Source: an uncultured Sulfolobales archaeon
Lineage (GTDB): Archaea > Thermoproteota > Thermoprotei_A > Sulfolobales > NBVN01
Assembly (NCBI GenBank): GCA_938017505.1
Contig: CALIKV010000031.1
Span: 2,511 to 66,510, forward strand
Reading direction: 5' to 3'
Length of the DNA: 64,000 nucleotides
Made by a program: the position numbers and the translations under genes. Within the stretch, counting starts at the first letter, position 1. Each line of letters begins with the position of its first letter. Positions 28,618-37,011 of this stretch are shown here, one piece after another. The notes under the pieces were generated by a model. That model saw only the letters and a program-made list of their open reading frames with translations, was not told the DNA's origin and did no database searches.

Positions 28618-29538
28618 CTATCTTAAAAGGACAAGGCCTCCCGTCGTGAATACCCTAACGAGGAGATCAGATGTGAAGGCCATCGTCCCGGTGAATATAG
28701 CTACCTTAAGCAAGCTCCTCAGTTTAGCTGCCATCAACTCAGGGCTCTCCGACTTACCCAGTTGGGCGGTCCTCACGAGGGAGTAAAGTATCAGTACGTC
28801 GGTTATGAGAGCTAGAACCAAGTATATGTAGCCGTACCCGGTCAGGTAGGGGATAGGGGATATGCCCACTATGAAGCCCTGGAGAGCGGCAGCCACTAAG
28901 GCCGCCTTCCGAACACCAATTACCCTTGGCAACGACCTCACCTTCCTGACCTCATCCGCTCTCAAGTCCTCGACCGTTTTAACCACCTCCCTAGCTAGGA
29001 GGAGGGTGAACGCGTATAACGCCGGCACTAGCGAAGCCCTAACCAGACTTAAATCGCCGAGAAGCTCGGATGGCGTTAGAGCCCCGAGTATTATTGTAAA
29101 GGCCCCCTCAAGCGAGACAATAACGTTGCCCAGCAACCCCCACTCCTTAATCCTGTAGGAGTAAAGGAAAACAACGCAGGCGTTAAACCACACGAAGAGC
29201 GTTGTGTAGAGGCCTACGAAGGTTGAGGGGAGGACCCCGGCGAGGAAGAGCACTAAGCTTAGAGCCAGCGCCTCGCGTGCAGCTACCCTACCTGACGGTA
29301 TCGGCCTGTACGGCTTGTTAACTCTATCGACCTCAGCGTCGAAGTAATCGTTGATCACGTACCCAGCGCTCGAGACCGTAGCGACCGCGAAGAGAGGGAT
29401 TATCAGCGACATGACGTTAAGCGTCGGGACAACGACCCTCACGGTGAGCCAGCCCATCATAGTAGTTAGTAGGGTTGCTACGACGTTATGCATTCTGAGG
29501 AGCTCTAAGTAGGCTTGAACCCTGTCCTCAAATCTCAT
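28618..29538 (-). CDS. UbiA-family prenyltransferase (digeranylgeranylglyceryl-phosphate synthase-like)
   Basis: INDYFDAEVDRVNKPYRPIPSG, REVVKTVEDLRAD; ATG at 29538 preferred. Confidence 0.88.
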   Translation of the reverse strand: MRFEDRVQAYLELLRMHNVVATLLTTMMGWLTVRVVVPTLNVMSLIIPLFAVATVSSAGYVINDYFDAEVDRVNKPYRPIPSGRVAAREALALSLVLFLAGVLPSTFVGLYTTLFVWFNACVVFLYSYRIKEWGLLGNVIVSLEGAFTIILGALTPSELLGDLSLVRASLVPALYAFTLLLAREVVKTVEDLRADEVRKVRSLPRVIGVRKAALVAAALQGFIVGISPIPYLTGYGYIYLVLALITDVLILYSLVRTAQLGKSESPELMAAKLRSLLKVAIFTGTMAFTSDLLVRVFTTGGLVLLR

Positions 29539-29806
29539 TAATCTTAACACCCGCCTCCTTAACGGCATTAAGGAAATCCTTAGATATGCTGTAGCAACCC
29601 TGACCCCTCACCAGGACCCCAACCTCAACTAACTTAGCTATGACCTTACTAGGCTCCTTGACTTTATGTAGTGCTTGGAGCTCTTTAAGCGCCAGTAACT
29701 CGCCGACAGACCTGTTAACGCAGAAATACCTTAGAGCCTTGCGTTGCTCGTCGTTAAGGGATTTAATCAGCTTTCTGACGTCCACCTTCCCCGGGGCTTC
29801 AGCCAT
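29528..29806 (-). CDS. Small hypothetical protein, winged-helix-like
   Basis: SVGELLALKEL, LVEVGVLVRGQGCYS; GGTG upstream; operonic position. Confidence 0.65.
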   Translation of the reverse strand: MAEAPGKVDVRKLIKSLNDEQRKALRYFCVNRSVGELLALKELQALHKVKEPSKVIAKLVEVGVLVRGQGCYSISKDFLNAVKEAGVKINEI

Positions 29807-29817
29807 CTAAGGCACCA

Positions 29818-30813
29818 CTAATAGTAATAGGTGTTTAGGTAATAATGTTCCGTGATCTCCTCGGGGCTGCCTCTACTGAGGCATACGTCAGCTAACGGGC
29901 ACTCCTCAGCCCTCACACACGCGGGTCTCTCACGCGTGCAGACCTTCCTACCGAAGTACCATAGGAAATCGTCCAGTATGAAGGGATCTACGCCTGCCAC
30001 CTTAGCTAATTCCTTGTAGGCAGTCCTCACGGCAAGCCTTAAAGCGACGTCCTCAGCGTAGGTGTAATGCTCTCTAGCCCTCATCTTCAGACGTAGGGCT
30101 TCCTCAGGCGAGATTAAGTGAAGTCTCAGGGCTATCCTCGTCAAGTGATTGTCGACAGGGACCTCCTTATTCCACGGATCAGCGATGTTGATGAGACCTC
30201 GCCTCTCAGCGAACTTCGCAAACAAAAACGTCTTCTTCTCAACGGGATCTGAGTAGGCCTTAAACCTCCTCATAATATGGGTCAGCCCCTGTGACGGGCC
30301 TCTCCTTAAGTAACCCCTGCTAGCCTTAATTAACTCGCTCACAGAGCCTCTGAACCACTTAACCAATCCCAACCCGAGATCCCTCAGCAGGCTGGTCCGT
30401 ACCTCTGGATCCCACACGCTCGCAGAATCCCCACCCTCCCTCACCGAAAGCCACTCAACAACGTCGTTTACTCTGATGCTGGACATCCTGTCCGGGGAGA
30501 AAAACTCCGGGTCTTCCAGGAATTTCCTGGAGCCAAGTCTGTAGAGTAGATCCGCACCGTGATAGAGCTTTGAATCGACGTAGGCCTCGAAAGGCTTGTG
30601 CCTGCTCGTCCTGTGATCTATCGCGACCATGAATATGAAGTACCTGAGCGCGGATTCAACGCTTGTGCCTCCTGGGGGATAGTACTCGGGGTTTAAGAAC
30701 TCGTCTCTGGGCATCGCTTTAACGCTCCTCTCCACCATAGGCGCCACCCCACCTACGACGGCGTCGTTCACGCGTATCATGTGGTAGGTGTACTTAACGA
30801 GTCCCTCACTCAC
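29818..30813 (-). CDS. HhH-GPD-like glycosylase-fold protein with Fe-S loop
   Basis: VPVDNHLTRIALR, LDDFLW, C-x6-C-x5-C-x5-C. Confidence 0.7.
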   Translation of the reverse strand: MSEGLVKYTYHMIRVNDAVVGGVAPMVERSVKAMPRDEFLNPEYYPPGGTSVESALRYFIFMVAIDHRTSRHKPFEAYVDSKLYHGADLLYRLGSRKFLEDPEFFSPDRMSSIRVNDVVEWLSVREGGDSASVWDPEVRTSLLRDLGLGLVKWFRGSVSELIKASRGYLRRGPSQGLTHIMRRFKAYSDPVEKKTFLFAKFAERRGLINIADPWNKEVPVDNHLTRIALRLHLISPEEALRLKMRAREHYTYAEDVALRLAVRTAYKELAKVAGVDPFILDDFLWYFGRKVCTRERPACVRAEECPLADVCLSRGSPEEITEHYYLNTYYY

Positions 30814-31304
30814 AAATTCTCACCCTTATAGAAGCCCCCGTACACCTTATCAGGAGGCCTGTTAAGCCTGATAAATATCAATTGCACGATCCTCGAGTTA
30901 ACTTCTATTTTGATGCCGTGCGGGTTGTTGACCTGCATTAAAGCCTCACCACGCCCCACGTAACCGGGGTCCCACACAGTACACATAACCATGACTCCCG
31001 ACCTAAGCATTGAGGAACGAGGGAAGCATAAAGCTAGGACATCCTCAGGCAGCTCCACGACCTCGCCGAATCTAATTTTGTAAACCCCCGGCCCTAGAAC
31101 CCAACAATTATCTTGAGGAGCGACCTCCTCAACCTCAGGCAGTTTCCTCTCATTAAACCCTATTTCCCCACGACTCCTGAACCTGAAGACCTGAGAGACC
31201 CTCAAATCAATGCCCGCTGGCTGGAGTTGCGTCTCGACGTCGAGTAAACCCCTCACGTATCTAAGTAGCTCCCTGCCCATAATCAGCGTCCCGACCACCA
31301 ACAA
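30810..31304 (-). CDS. dut: Trimeric dUTPase (dCTP deaminase/dUTPase family)
   Basis: QPAGIDLR, PRSSMLRSG, WDPGYVG, RIVQL. Confidence 0.8.
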   Translation of the reverse strand: MLVVGTLIMGRELLRYVRGLLDVETQLQPAGIDLRVSQVFRFRSRGEIGFNERKLPEVEEVAPQDNCWVLGPGVYKIRFGEVVELPEDVLALCFPRSSMLRSGVMVMCTVWDPGYVGRGEALMQVNNPHGIKIEVNSRIVQLIFIRLNRPPDKVYGGFYKGENL

Positions 31305-31498
31305 ACCTTATATGCGCAGGGATTTTATATGCTGACCTGTTTTGATTTCTGTCGAGTAAAATTATTTAAAAATCTTATTATAAAAGATCAATGAATATGC
31401 TGCAGTATAATGTAGTTTTTATATCAAAACATTGAGGGGAGGTTTATAGGGGGGTTAAATTTATAAGGAGTGGCGAAGACAATATTGGGGGAGCGTCA

Positions 31499-31888
31499 AT
31501 GGTCAGGCCCAGTGTATTGATGTGTGGTGGAAAAAGTATTGAGGCTAGGGTTTATGGTAGACATGTTTACGGTAGTCTCTACGACTGCGACGCTGAGGTC
31601 CTCTCAGACCCTAAGTATTTGGAGGGGGTTGTTAATGAGGCTGCTCGCATAGGCAACATGACGCTCCTCGATGTCAGGATGTGGTACATGAAGCCCGGCG
31701 TCAGCGTTGTAGGCATTATATTGGAGTCACATATAACGATACATACGTGGCCTGAGTACAGCTTCGCCACAGTGGACGTCTACTCCTGTGGTAGACACAC
31801 GGACCCGTTGAGCGCGTTCAAGCACATCGTAGAGGCTCTGAAAGCAAGTAGATACGAGTTAGAGATCGTTGATAGGTCTCTAACTTAA
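31499..31888 (+). CDS. speH: Pyruvoyl S-adenosylmethionine decarboxylase proenzyme
   Basis: [24 protein letters not shown]; resembles the crenarchaeal AdoMetDC rather than its ArgDC paralog. Confidence 0.85.
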   Translation: MVRPSVLMCGGKSIEARVYGRHVYGSLYDCDAEVLSDPKYLEGVVNEAARIGNMTLLDVRMWYMKPGVSVVGIILESHITIHTWPEYSFATVDVYSCGRHTDPLSAFKHIVEALKASRYELEIVDRSLT

Positions 31889-31889
31889 A

Positions 31890-31943
31890 GGAAGTCCCTT
31901 GCCAACACTCCAGGCTCGCCCTAAAGGACGGGAAGGAGGTCAG
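31890..31943 (+). mobile_element. IS200/IS605-type right-end scar
   Basis: GGAAG...imperfect hairpin CTCGCCCT-AA-AGGACGGG then AAGGAGGTCAG, like recalled archaeal IS605 right ends. Confidence 0.55.
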
Positions 31944-31992
31944 TTACCATGGTTTAAGACTCCTAAGAACTAGCAATATTAGGTGAGTTACG

Positions 31993-33072
31993 TTGAGCGA
32001 CGTTCTAGTCATCGGCGCCGGACCTGGTGGATTGCTGTCTTCCCACGCACTCCTTAAGAAGGGGTTTAACGTCAGCATTTACGAGGAGCACAGCAATGTA
32101 GGTCTACCCAAACACTGTAGCGGTCTCGTGAGCAGCTACGTCGTTAACTCGCTAGGGCCCCTGGCTAGGGACCAGGTGTTAAGCAAGTTCACAGAGTATA
32201 GAGTCAGGGTGATTGAGAAAGGACTCATTCACGACCAACTAATACTGAGCTTCCGTGAACCCGTTTACCTCATAGACAGGGTTGGGTTTGAAGCTTCACT
32301 GCGTGAAGCCGTGGAGAGCTACGGCGGTAAGTTACGTTTAAGAACCCGCGTTACTGAGGCGAGGGTAGACGAGGGCTTATTGAGGACTAAGGAGGGCTGG
32401 GCGGGGGGCGACCTAATAATAGTTAGCGAGGGCGCCTTGAGAACGATCGTCAGGAAGTCACAGGTATGCGACGTGAGCGAGGCGTTAATAGGTCCTCAGG
32501 CCTTGGTTAGGCTGGGTAGAGTGAGTGATACTGTTGAGGTGATCACGTTCCCGCCGCTCGGGGTTAATGGATTCGGGTGGGTCATACCTGTCGACGATAA
32601 ACATGTAGTAGTAGGGTTAGTAACGAACTCTAAAGCGGCCGGACGCCTACTTAAGTACATCGTGCATAAGGTTGCTGGGGAGTTAAGCCCCTCGGACGTC
32701 GCTGTGAGAGAGTTCTTCGGAGGGCTCGTCCCAGTCGATAAGCCGTGCAGAGAACTTCTCGGCAGCAAGCACATCGTAGTCGGGGATGCTGCATCCATAG
32801 TGAAACCCCTGACTAAGGGTGGGCTGTACCCATTAGTCAAGGAGGTGGAGGCCCTGGAGACCTCCTTAAGGGGTGAGCACATCGATATTGACTTGTTCAA
32901 CGCTAGATTCGGTGAAACCCTAAGACTCCTCAACACACAACACGCAACTCTCAAAGCCATTCGTCGACTGGGGGGCTACCACAACCTGGTAAAACTAGCT
33001 GTTAAGCTGGGGCTAAGGGAGATCAAGTTAATGGATTACGACAGGTTAGTGTCTTTGCCAGCTGTTTCATGA
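31993..33072 (+). CDS. Geranylgeranyl reductase-family FAD oxidoreductase
   Basis: VIGAGPGG, HCSGLVS, IDR..FE, FGWVIP, VGDAA..KPLTKGG. Confidence 0.85.
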   Translation: MSDVLVIGAGPGGLLSSHALLKKGFNVSIYEEHSNVGLPKHCSGLVSSYVVNSLGPLARDQVLSKFTEYRVRVIEKGLIHDQLILSFREPVYLIDRVGFEASLREAVESYGGKLRLRTRVTEARVDEGLLRTKEGWAGGDLIIVSEGALRTIVRKSQVCDVSEALIGPQALVRLGRVSDTVEVITFPPLGVNGFGWVIPVDDKHVVVGLVTNSKAAGRLLKYIVHKVAGELSPSDVAVREFFGGLVPVDKPCRELLGSKHIVVGDAASIVKPLTKGGLYPLVKEVEALETSLRGEHIDIDLFNARFGETLRLLNTQHATLKAIRRLGGYHNLVKLAVKLGLREIKLMDYDRLVSLPAVS

Positions 33073-33123
33073 TGGAAAGACTTAAGCGTTGGTGATGTTG
33101 AGTGCTCTAGATGGATAAGATAA

Positions 33124-33328
33124 GTGCCCCGAAAAGAGCGCTCCACAAGCCTTCAGATTGAGGGTCTTTCCCCGCCCACGAAGCTCTTCGACGAGCACGT
33201 GAGGAGGTGGAAAGAGTCCTATCTGACGGGGGAGGTCGATGAAAGCTCCGACGGACTCGTGAGGGGCTTTAGGCTAGTGAATCCCAAGAACCACGCATGT
33301 CTATCAAAGACTACGTAGTTCTGAACCC
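33124..33328 (+). mobile_element. IS200/IS605 tnpB 3'-end/omega-RNA-like element (copy B, longest)
   Basis: Homologous to copies A and C; the overlapping 64-aa ORF (LQIEGLSPP.K..DE.VR...RLVNPK) resembles a TnpB C-terminal tail; terminal hairpin followed by TGAAC. Confidence 0.7.
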
Positions 33329-33454
33329 TACGACCCTGTGACGACCTTTATCGAGCTGGAGACTGCCTCAAGTCGCTGGGCCGCGATCTTGCGGAGACCC
33401 GCTTAGCACAAGCATTTATTTACCGGTTAACCAGGTATGAATTGGTGGTATTGC

Positions 33455-33787
33455 ATGTCTGAAGGGTTTCTAGTAACCACCCTTGAGGCATTACCTGGCT
33501 ATAAAGTCAGGAAGGTTCTAGGCTTAGTTAGCGGTAGCGTCGTTAGAGCCAGAAACATAGGCAGGGACATAGTAGCGGGCCTCAGGAACCTGGCTGGCGG
33601 TGAGATAGTTGAGTATACGGAGCTCTTAGCCAGTTCCAGAGACGAGGCCCTCTCTAGGATGATCGAGAAAGCTAAGGCTCTGGGGGCGAACGCCGTCCTC
33701 GGGGCCAGGTTCGCATCTTCAGCTGTAATGAGCGGTGCAGCGGAGATAGTTGCCTACGGTACTGCCGTCATTATAGAGCCTGAGTAG
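33455..33787 (+). CDS. YbjQ/UPF0145 family protein
   Basis: GRDIVAGLRNLAGGEIVEY, GANAVLG, YGTAV. Confidence 0.9.
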   Translation: MSEGFLVTTLEALPGYKVRKVLGLVSGSVVRARNIGRDIVAGLRNLAGGEIVEYTELLASSRDEALSRMIEKAKALGANAVLGARFASSAVMSGAAEIVAYGTAVIIEPE

Positions 33788-33833
33788 AATCGGTCCGTGA
33801 CCGGAGACCCGCACGTCTTCAAGGCGGCGTGGC

Positions 33834-35018
33834 TCAGATAGGTGGAGCGCCGACTAACTCGCGTATGAAGATAGTGGCGTACGTCGACGGTTTCAGGAGG
33901 AAACACAGAGACGCGTTGTTTTCGTTCAGCTCAAGCGTTAGTTCCTGTAAGGTGAAGGTCGTCTCTCGAGCGCCTTCTCTGAGGTATCTAGAGTAAGCAC
34001 TCTTGCTAGTTAGCTCCTTGAGCTCCTCCGCAACCAGCTTTATCGACTCCTGAGCACATTTGTCAGGAGTCCTCACGTTCGTTCCGGGCAGCGGTAGGAC
34101 CTCGCACGTGCGCTCTAACTCATCAACGCCGCCGAAGGAGAGAGCCAGCCTACTCAGAGACAGGTTGAATAAGTACGATTGAAACGCCTCCACGTACATC
34201 TTGAGAAGCCACTCGTCAATCACCCTCAGCGTCCTCCGTAAGTCCCTCCCCTTAATCAACTCCCTCAGCAGCAACCTTTCAAACCTGAACTTCCTCGGGA
34301 AGAGGTCCAGAGCCTCCTTCAAGTCACCTCTATCATACGCCCTCCTAGCTTCAGCGACTCCAGAGGACTCCGTAGGATACGGCCTGCCAAGGATTAAGTC
34401 CACCGCCTCCCTCAAATCCCCCTTCAAAAGGGCTTTGCCAACGAGATGCGTTACCGGCCTCCTGCTGCCGAACCTCTGGTAACCGTAGTAATTGAGGAAA
34501 CTCACCGACCTGTATCTAGTCCTCAACTCATTCAAAGTAGCAGCATCAACCGCGTTAAGCCCGCTCAGACTAACCTCAAAAAGATTACCTCCCAACTCAC
34601 CCCTCCTCAACATCGTCTCATCATAACCGCGGAAGAAGAGCATAACCCTCCCCCCAAACAACTCGTAATTACTCCTGAACACGTCGCCGGGCCTACACTT
34701 AATGGTTACAAACTGGCACGTGAAGCCCTCAGCATCTTTAATCCCCGCGTAAGCAACTTCAGAGCCCAGGGCCCTTGAGACCAGCCTAACCGCGTCAGGC
34801 GTGGGCAAATTCTCCTTGCACAAGACATACCTGAGGACCTCACCATGAAGACAGGTGACCACCTCACTAACTGAAGCCCTCTCACTAGGTAATGCTTGAA
34901 CACCGTTAACGTCCACCTCATAAACCTTGAAGTCCCCCCCACCCTTCTCAAACCTAACGCCGTCGCTGAGTCTCAATTCAGGCCTGCTGAACACCAGAAC
35001 ACCTATAGACCTATCCAA
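33834..35018 (-). CDS. truD: tRNA pseudouridine(13) synthase
   Basis: DFKVYE, YAGIKD, GNLF, NYYGYQRFG, AFQSYLFN, YATIFIRE. Confidence 0.92.
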   Translation of the reverse strand: MDRSIGVLVFSRPELRLSDGVRFEKGGGDFKVYEVDVNGVQALPSERASVSEVVTCLHGEVLRYVLCKENLPTPDAVRLVSRALGSEVAYAGIKDAEGFTCQFVTIKCRPGDVFRSNYELFGGRVMLFFRGYDETMLRRGELGGNLFEVSLSGLNAVDAATLNELRTRYRSVSFLNYYGYQRFGSRRPVTHLVGKALLKGDLREAVDLILGRPYPTESSGVAEARRAYDRGDLKEALDLFPRKFRFERLLLRELIKGRDLRRTLRVIDEWLLKMYVEAFQSYLFNLSLSRLALSFGGVDELERTCEVLPLPGTNVRTPDKCAQESIKLVAEELKELTSKSAYSRYLREGARETTFTLQELTLELNENNASLCFLLKPSTYATIFIRELVGAPPI

Positions 35019-35198
35019 CCAGTGTTCAGAGAGCGTTAACCCTGTTGAGCGCGTTCCAGGCCCTACCTTAGCTCCCTTTCCGCTCTTTTATTTAGATGTT
35101 ATTAGCCTGGCTGACAGCCCTCCCCTCACGAATACTGCGTCGCAGTTCAGCCCTTGCCCTCAGCTTTGGGGGCTTGAGCCTCATCCGCTACTAGCACG

Positions 35199-35579
35199 TT
35201 AGAGGAGCCTCAGATCCCCCGTCACTTTATCAATCAAGTTCTCGGGAGCTGGTCCTATCCCAACAGCTGTGACTGTCCCCTCAGGAAGTTCCGTGAGTCC
35301 CGCGTCAGCTATTATTGATGTCGGGAGCCCCAGCCTCCTGGCTTCTTCGTAATGCTTAGTGAGTTCCTCCAGACTGGACACCTTGAGAACCACTTTCTTC
35401 TGTCCCTCAACCAACCATTCATCAACCCAATCCTTCTTAGTCTTGAGACCCTCCAGGAGTGCTGTAACTGACGCGTGAGCCACCTGCACAGCTAGCTTAC
35501 CTTTACTCATCTCGAGATCAGCACGTATCAGTATGACTTGCTTGTGCTTGAACACCGACATCTCAGAGACCCTCAACAC
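35199..35579 (-). CDS. pth2: Peptidyl-tRNA hydrolase 2 (true start perhaps ~35561)
   Basis: [34 protein letters not shown]. Confidence 0.95.
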   Translation of the reverse strand: MLRVSEMSVFKHKQVILIRADLEMSKGKLAVQVAHASVTALLEGLKTKKDWVDEWLVEGQKKVVLKVSSLEELTKHYEEARRLGLPTSIIADAGLTELPEGTVTAVGIGPAPENLIDKVTGDLRLL

Positions 35580-35898
35580 CTGTTTGAGTCAGCTTCTCCA
35601 CGACCTTACTCAGCGTCTCACGCGTCCTGGCCTCAACGCATTTAACCAGAGCACCTACGTTCATGGCCTCATTCTTCCTGGCTAAGTCCTTGCATTCAGA
35701 TATGAAGGCCCTCTTATCGATTTCAAGGATGTAGTATTGGGTTTGAGGTATCTTCCTAAGGGCTACTTCCCTGTGTATACCGGCGGATACCAGTAATCGA
35801 CTTACTACCTGATACTCGGACACGGTTAGGATGCTGAAGCCGAAGCTCTGCATGTGATTAACTATCCTGTTCCTCAGCTCACTTAGAGACGATCCCAT
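35563..35898 (-). CDS. Hypothetical protein
   Basis: 111-aa ORF overlapping both neighbours, co-oriented. Confidence 0.6.
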   Translation of the reverse strand: MGSSLSELRNRIVNHMQSFGFSILTVSEYQVVSRLLVSAGIHREVALRKIPQTQYYILEIDKRAFISECKDLARKNEAMNVGALVKCVEARTRETLSKVVEKLTQTGVEGL

Positions 35899-36292
35899 AC
35901 CTCTTTACCAATAACTTCAGTGAGTCGAACAGGCATTTAAGCATCTTCAACGTCAAGGAGTTACCGCCTTGCAGTACCCTCACCTTAAGCTTCCTGTAGA
36001 CGGCTTTGGAGAGTAGGTTACCATCTGAATCGAATATCAGGATCTCCCCGCTCACCCTGCCCTGCGGGTTGAGGGTGAAGGAAGCCTGAACAGCGAACGA
36101 GTCCTCAGGGATCACCACTCTATGTAGTTCGGCATTCCCCACGGCATAAGTCGGTCTCTCACCGACCTTCTCAACAACGCTGTAGTTGACTTTCTCACAG
36201 TCTTTATTCATCACGACGTAGAGGGAGGTCCTCTTGTGGAGGTTACTCCGGCTCCTCGACCTTTCCATCCTCAGTGGCAGGGGCTTCTTCAA
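35879..36292 (-). CDS. Hypothetical protein
   Basis: 137-aa basic ORF (RSRSNLHKRT, KAVYRKLKVR), operonic. Confidence 0.65.
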   Translation of the reverse strand: MKKPLPLRMERSRSRSNLHKRTSLYVVMNKDCEKVNYSVVEKVGERPTYAVGNAELHRVVIPEDSFAVQASFTLNPQGRVSGEILIFDSDGNLLSKAVYRKLKVRVLQGGNSLTLKMLKCLFDSLKLLVKRYGIVSK

Positions 36293-36530
36293 CCCTCCCG
36301 ACCTCCAGCGCCTTAAACTCCTTGAACCCCTTAATCACTATCATGAAACCCTCCTCAAACGTGTATGGTGTGACTCGAACCTCTTCGACCTTGCCGAAGT
36401 CCAGGACAACCCTACGACCCCCTCTGAAATCCTGAACCTCACTTAACTTACCCTCAAGGTCGTAGATGCTGACCCTAGCACCCTCCTTACTGAGGTGTAC
36501 TACAGCCGTAACCAAGTACCCACACCACAA
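36243..36530 (-). CDS. Hypothetical protein
   Basis: 95-aa ORF at the head of the operon, TATA-like sequence upstream. Confidence 0.55.
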   Translation of the reverse strand: MWCGYLVTAVVHLSKEGARVSIYDLEGKLSEVQDFRGGRRVVLDFGKVEEVRVTPYTFEEGFMIVIKGFKEFKALEVGRVEEAPATEDGKVEEPE

Positions 36531-36652
36531 TAAATAAACTCAAGCTCTATTAAAGACGTGGATCCACGAGCATGTCATTTATAAGCCCTAAACACGTTTA
36601 TTATAATGTGTAGAAGTCATGTACGTATCTCTAGGTAAGACAGGTGGAGTGA

Positions 36653-36943
36653 ATGACTAAATACAGGAAATATTCTGACCCATACTCAGTAAACGTCCAA
36701 CGCTTCAGCATATACTACGATAGGAGTGGCAGAGCTAAGTCAAACCCTCAGGTTGGTGACGAGATAACTGTGAAGATCGTTGAGGTCGACGGTGAGGGTA
36801 GAGGCATAGGGTACCATAACGACAGTAAGGTGGTCGTGCCGAGGGCGGTCTTAGGGGAGAAGGTAAGGGTTGTGGTTAGGAAGATTGAGAACGGCGTTCT
36901 ATACGCATCCGTCGCCGAGAGATTAGGGATCTCAAGGAAGTAG
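36653..36943 (+). CDS. Single TRAM-domain RNA-binding protein
   Basis: PQVGDEITVKI, GRGIG, VPRAVLGEKVRVVV. Confidence 0.85.
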   Translation: MTKYRKYSDPYSVNVQRFSIYYDRSGRAKSNPQVGDEITVKIVEVDGEGRGIGYHNDSKVVVPRAVLGEKVRVVVRKIENGVLYASVAERLGISRK

Positions 36944-37011
36944 CTGTTATGGAGCTTCCTTAAGACTTGGTGATCAGCATTATTAAGATGCCGCCCTAGA
37001 ATATTACTTGG

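Noticed and set aside
31320-31470. AT-rich tract as a replication origin
   Set aside because: Explained by divergent dut and speH promoters; no ORB repeats.
33124-33318. 64-aa ORF as a functional small protein
   Set aside because: Better explained as a tnpB tail remnant overlapping a structured repeat.
35140-35190. Possible minus-strand C/D sRNA (GGATGA...CTGA...CTGA) between pth2 and truD
   Set aside because: C, D' and C' boxes are poor, guide lengths are atypical and no target was recognised.
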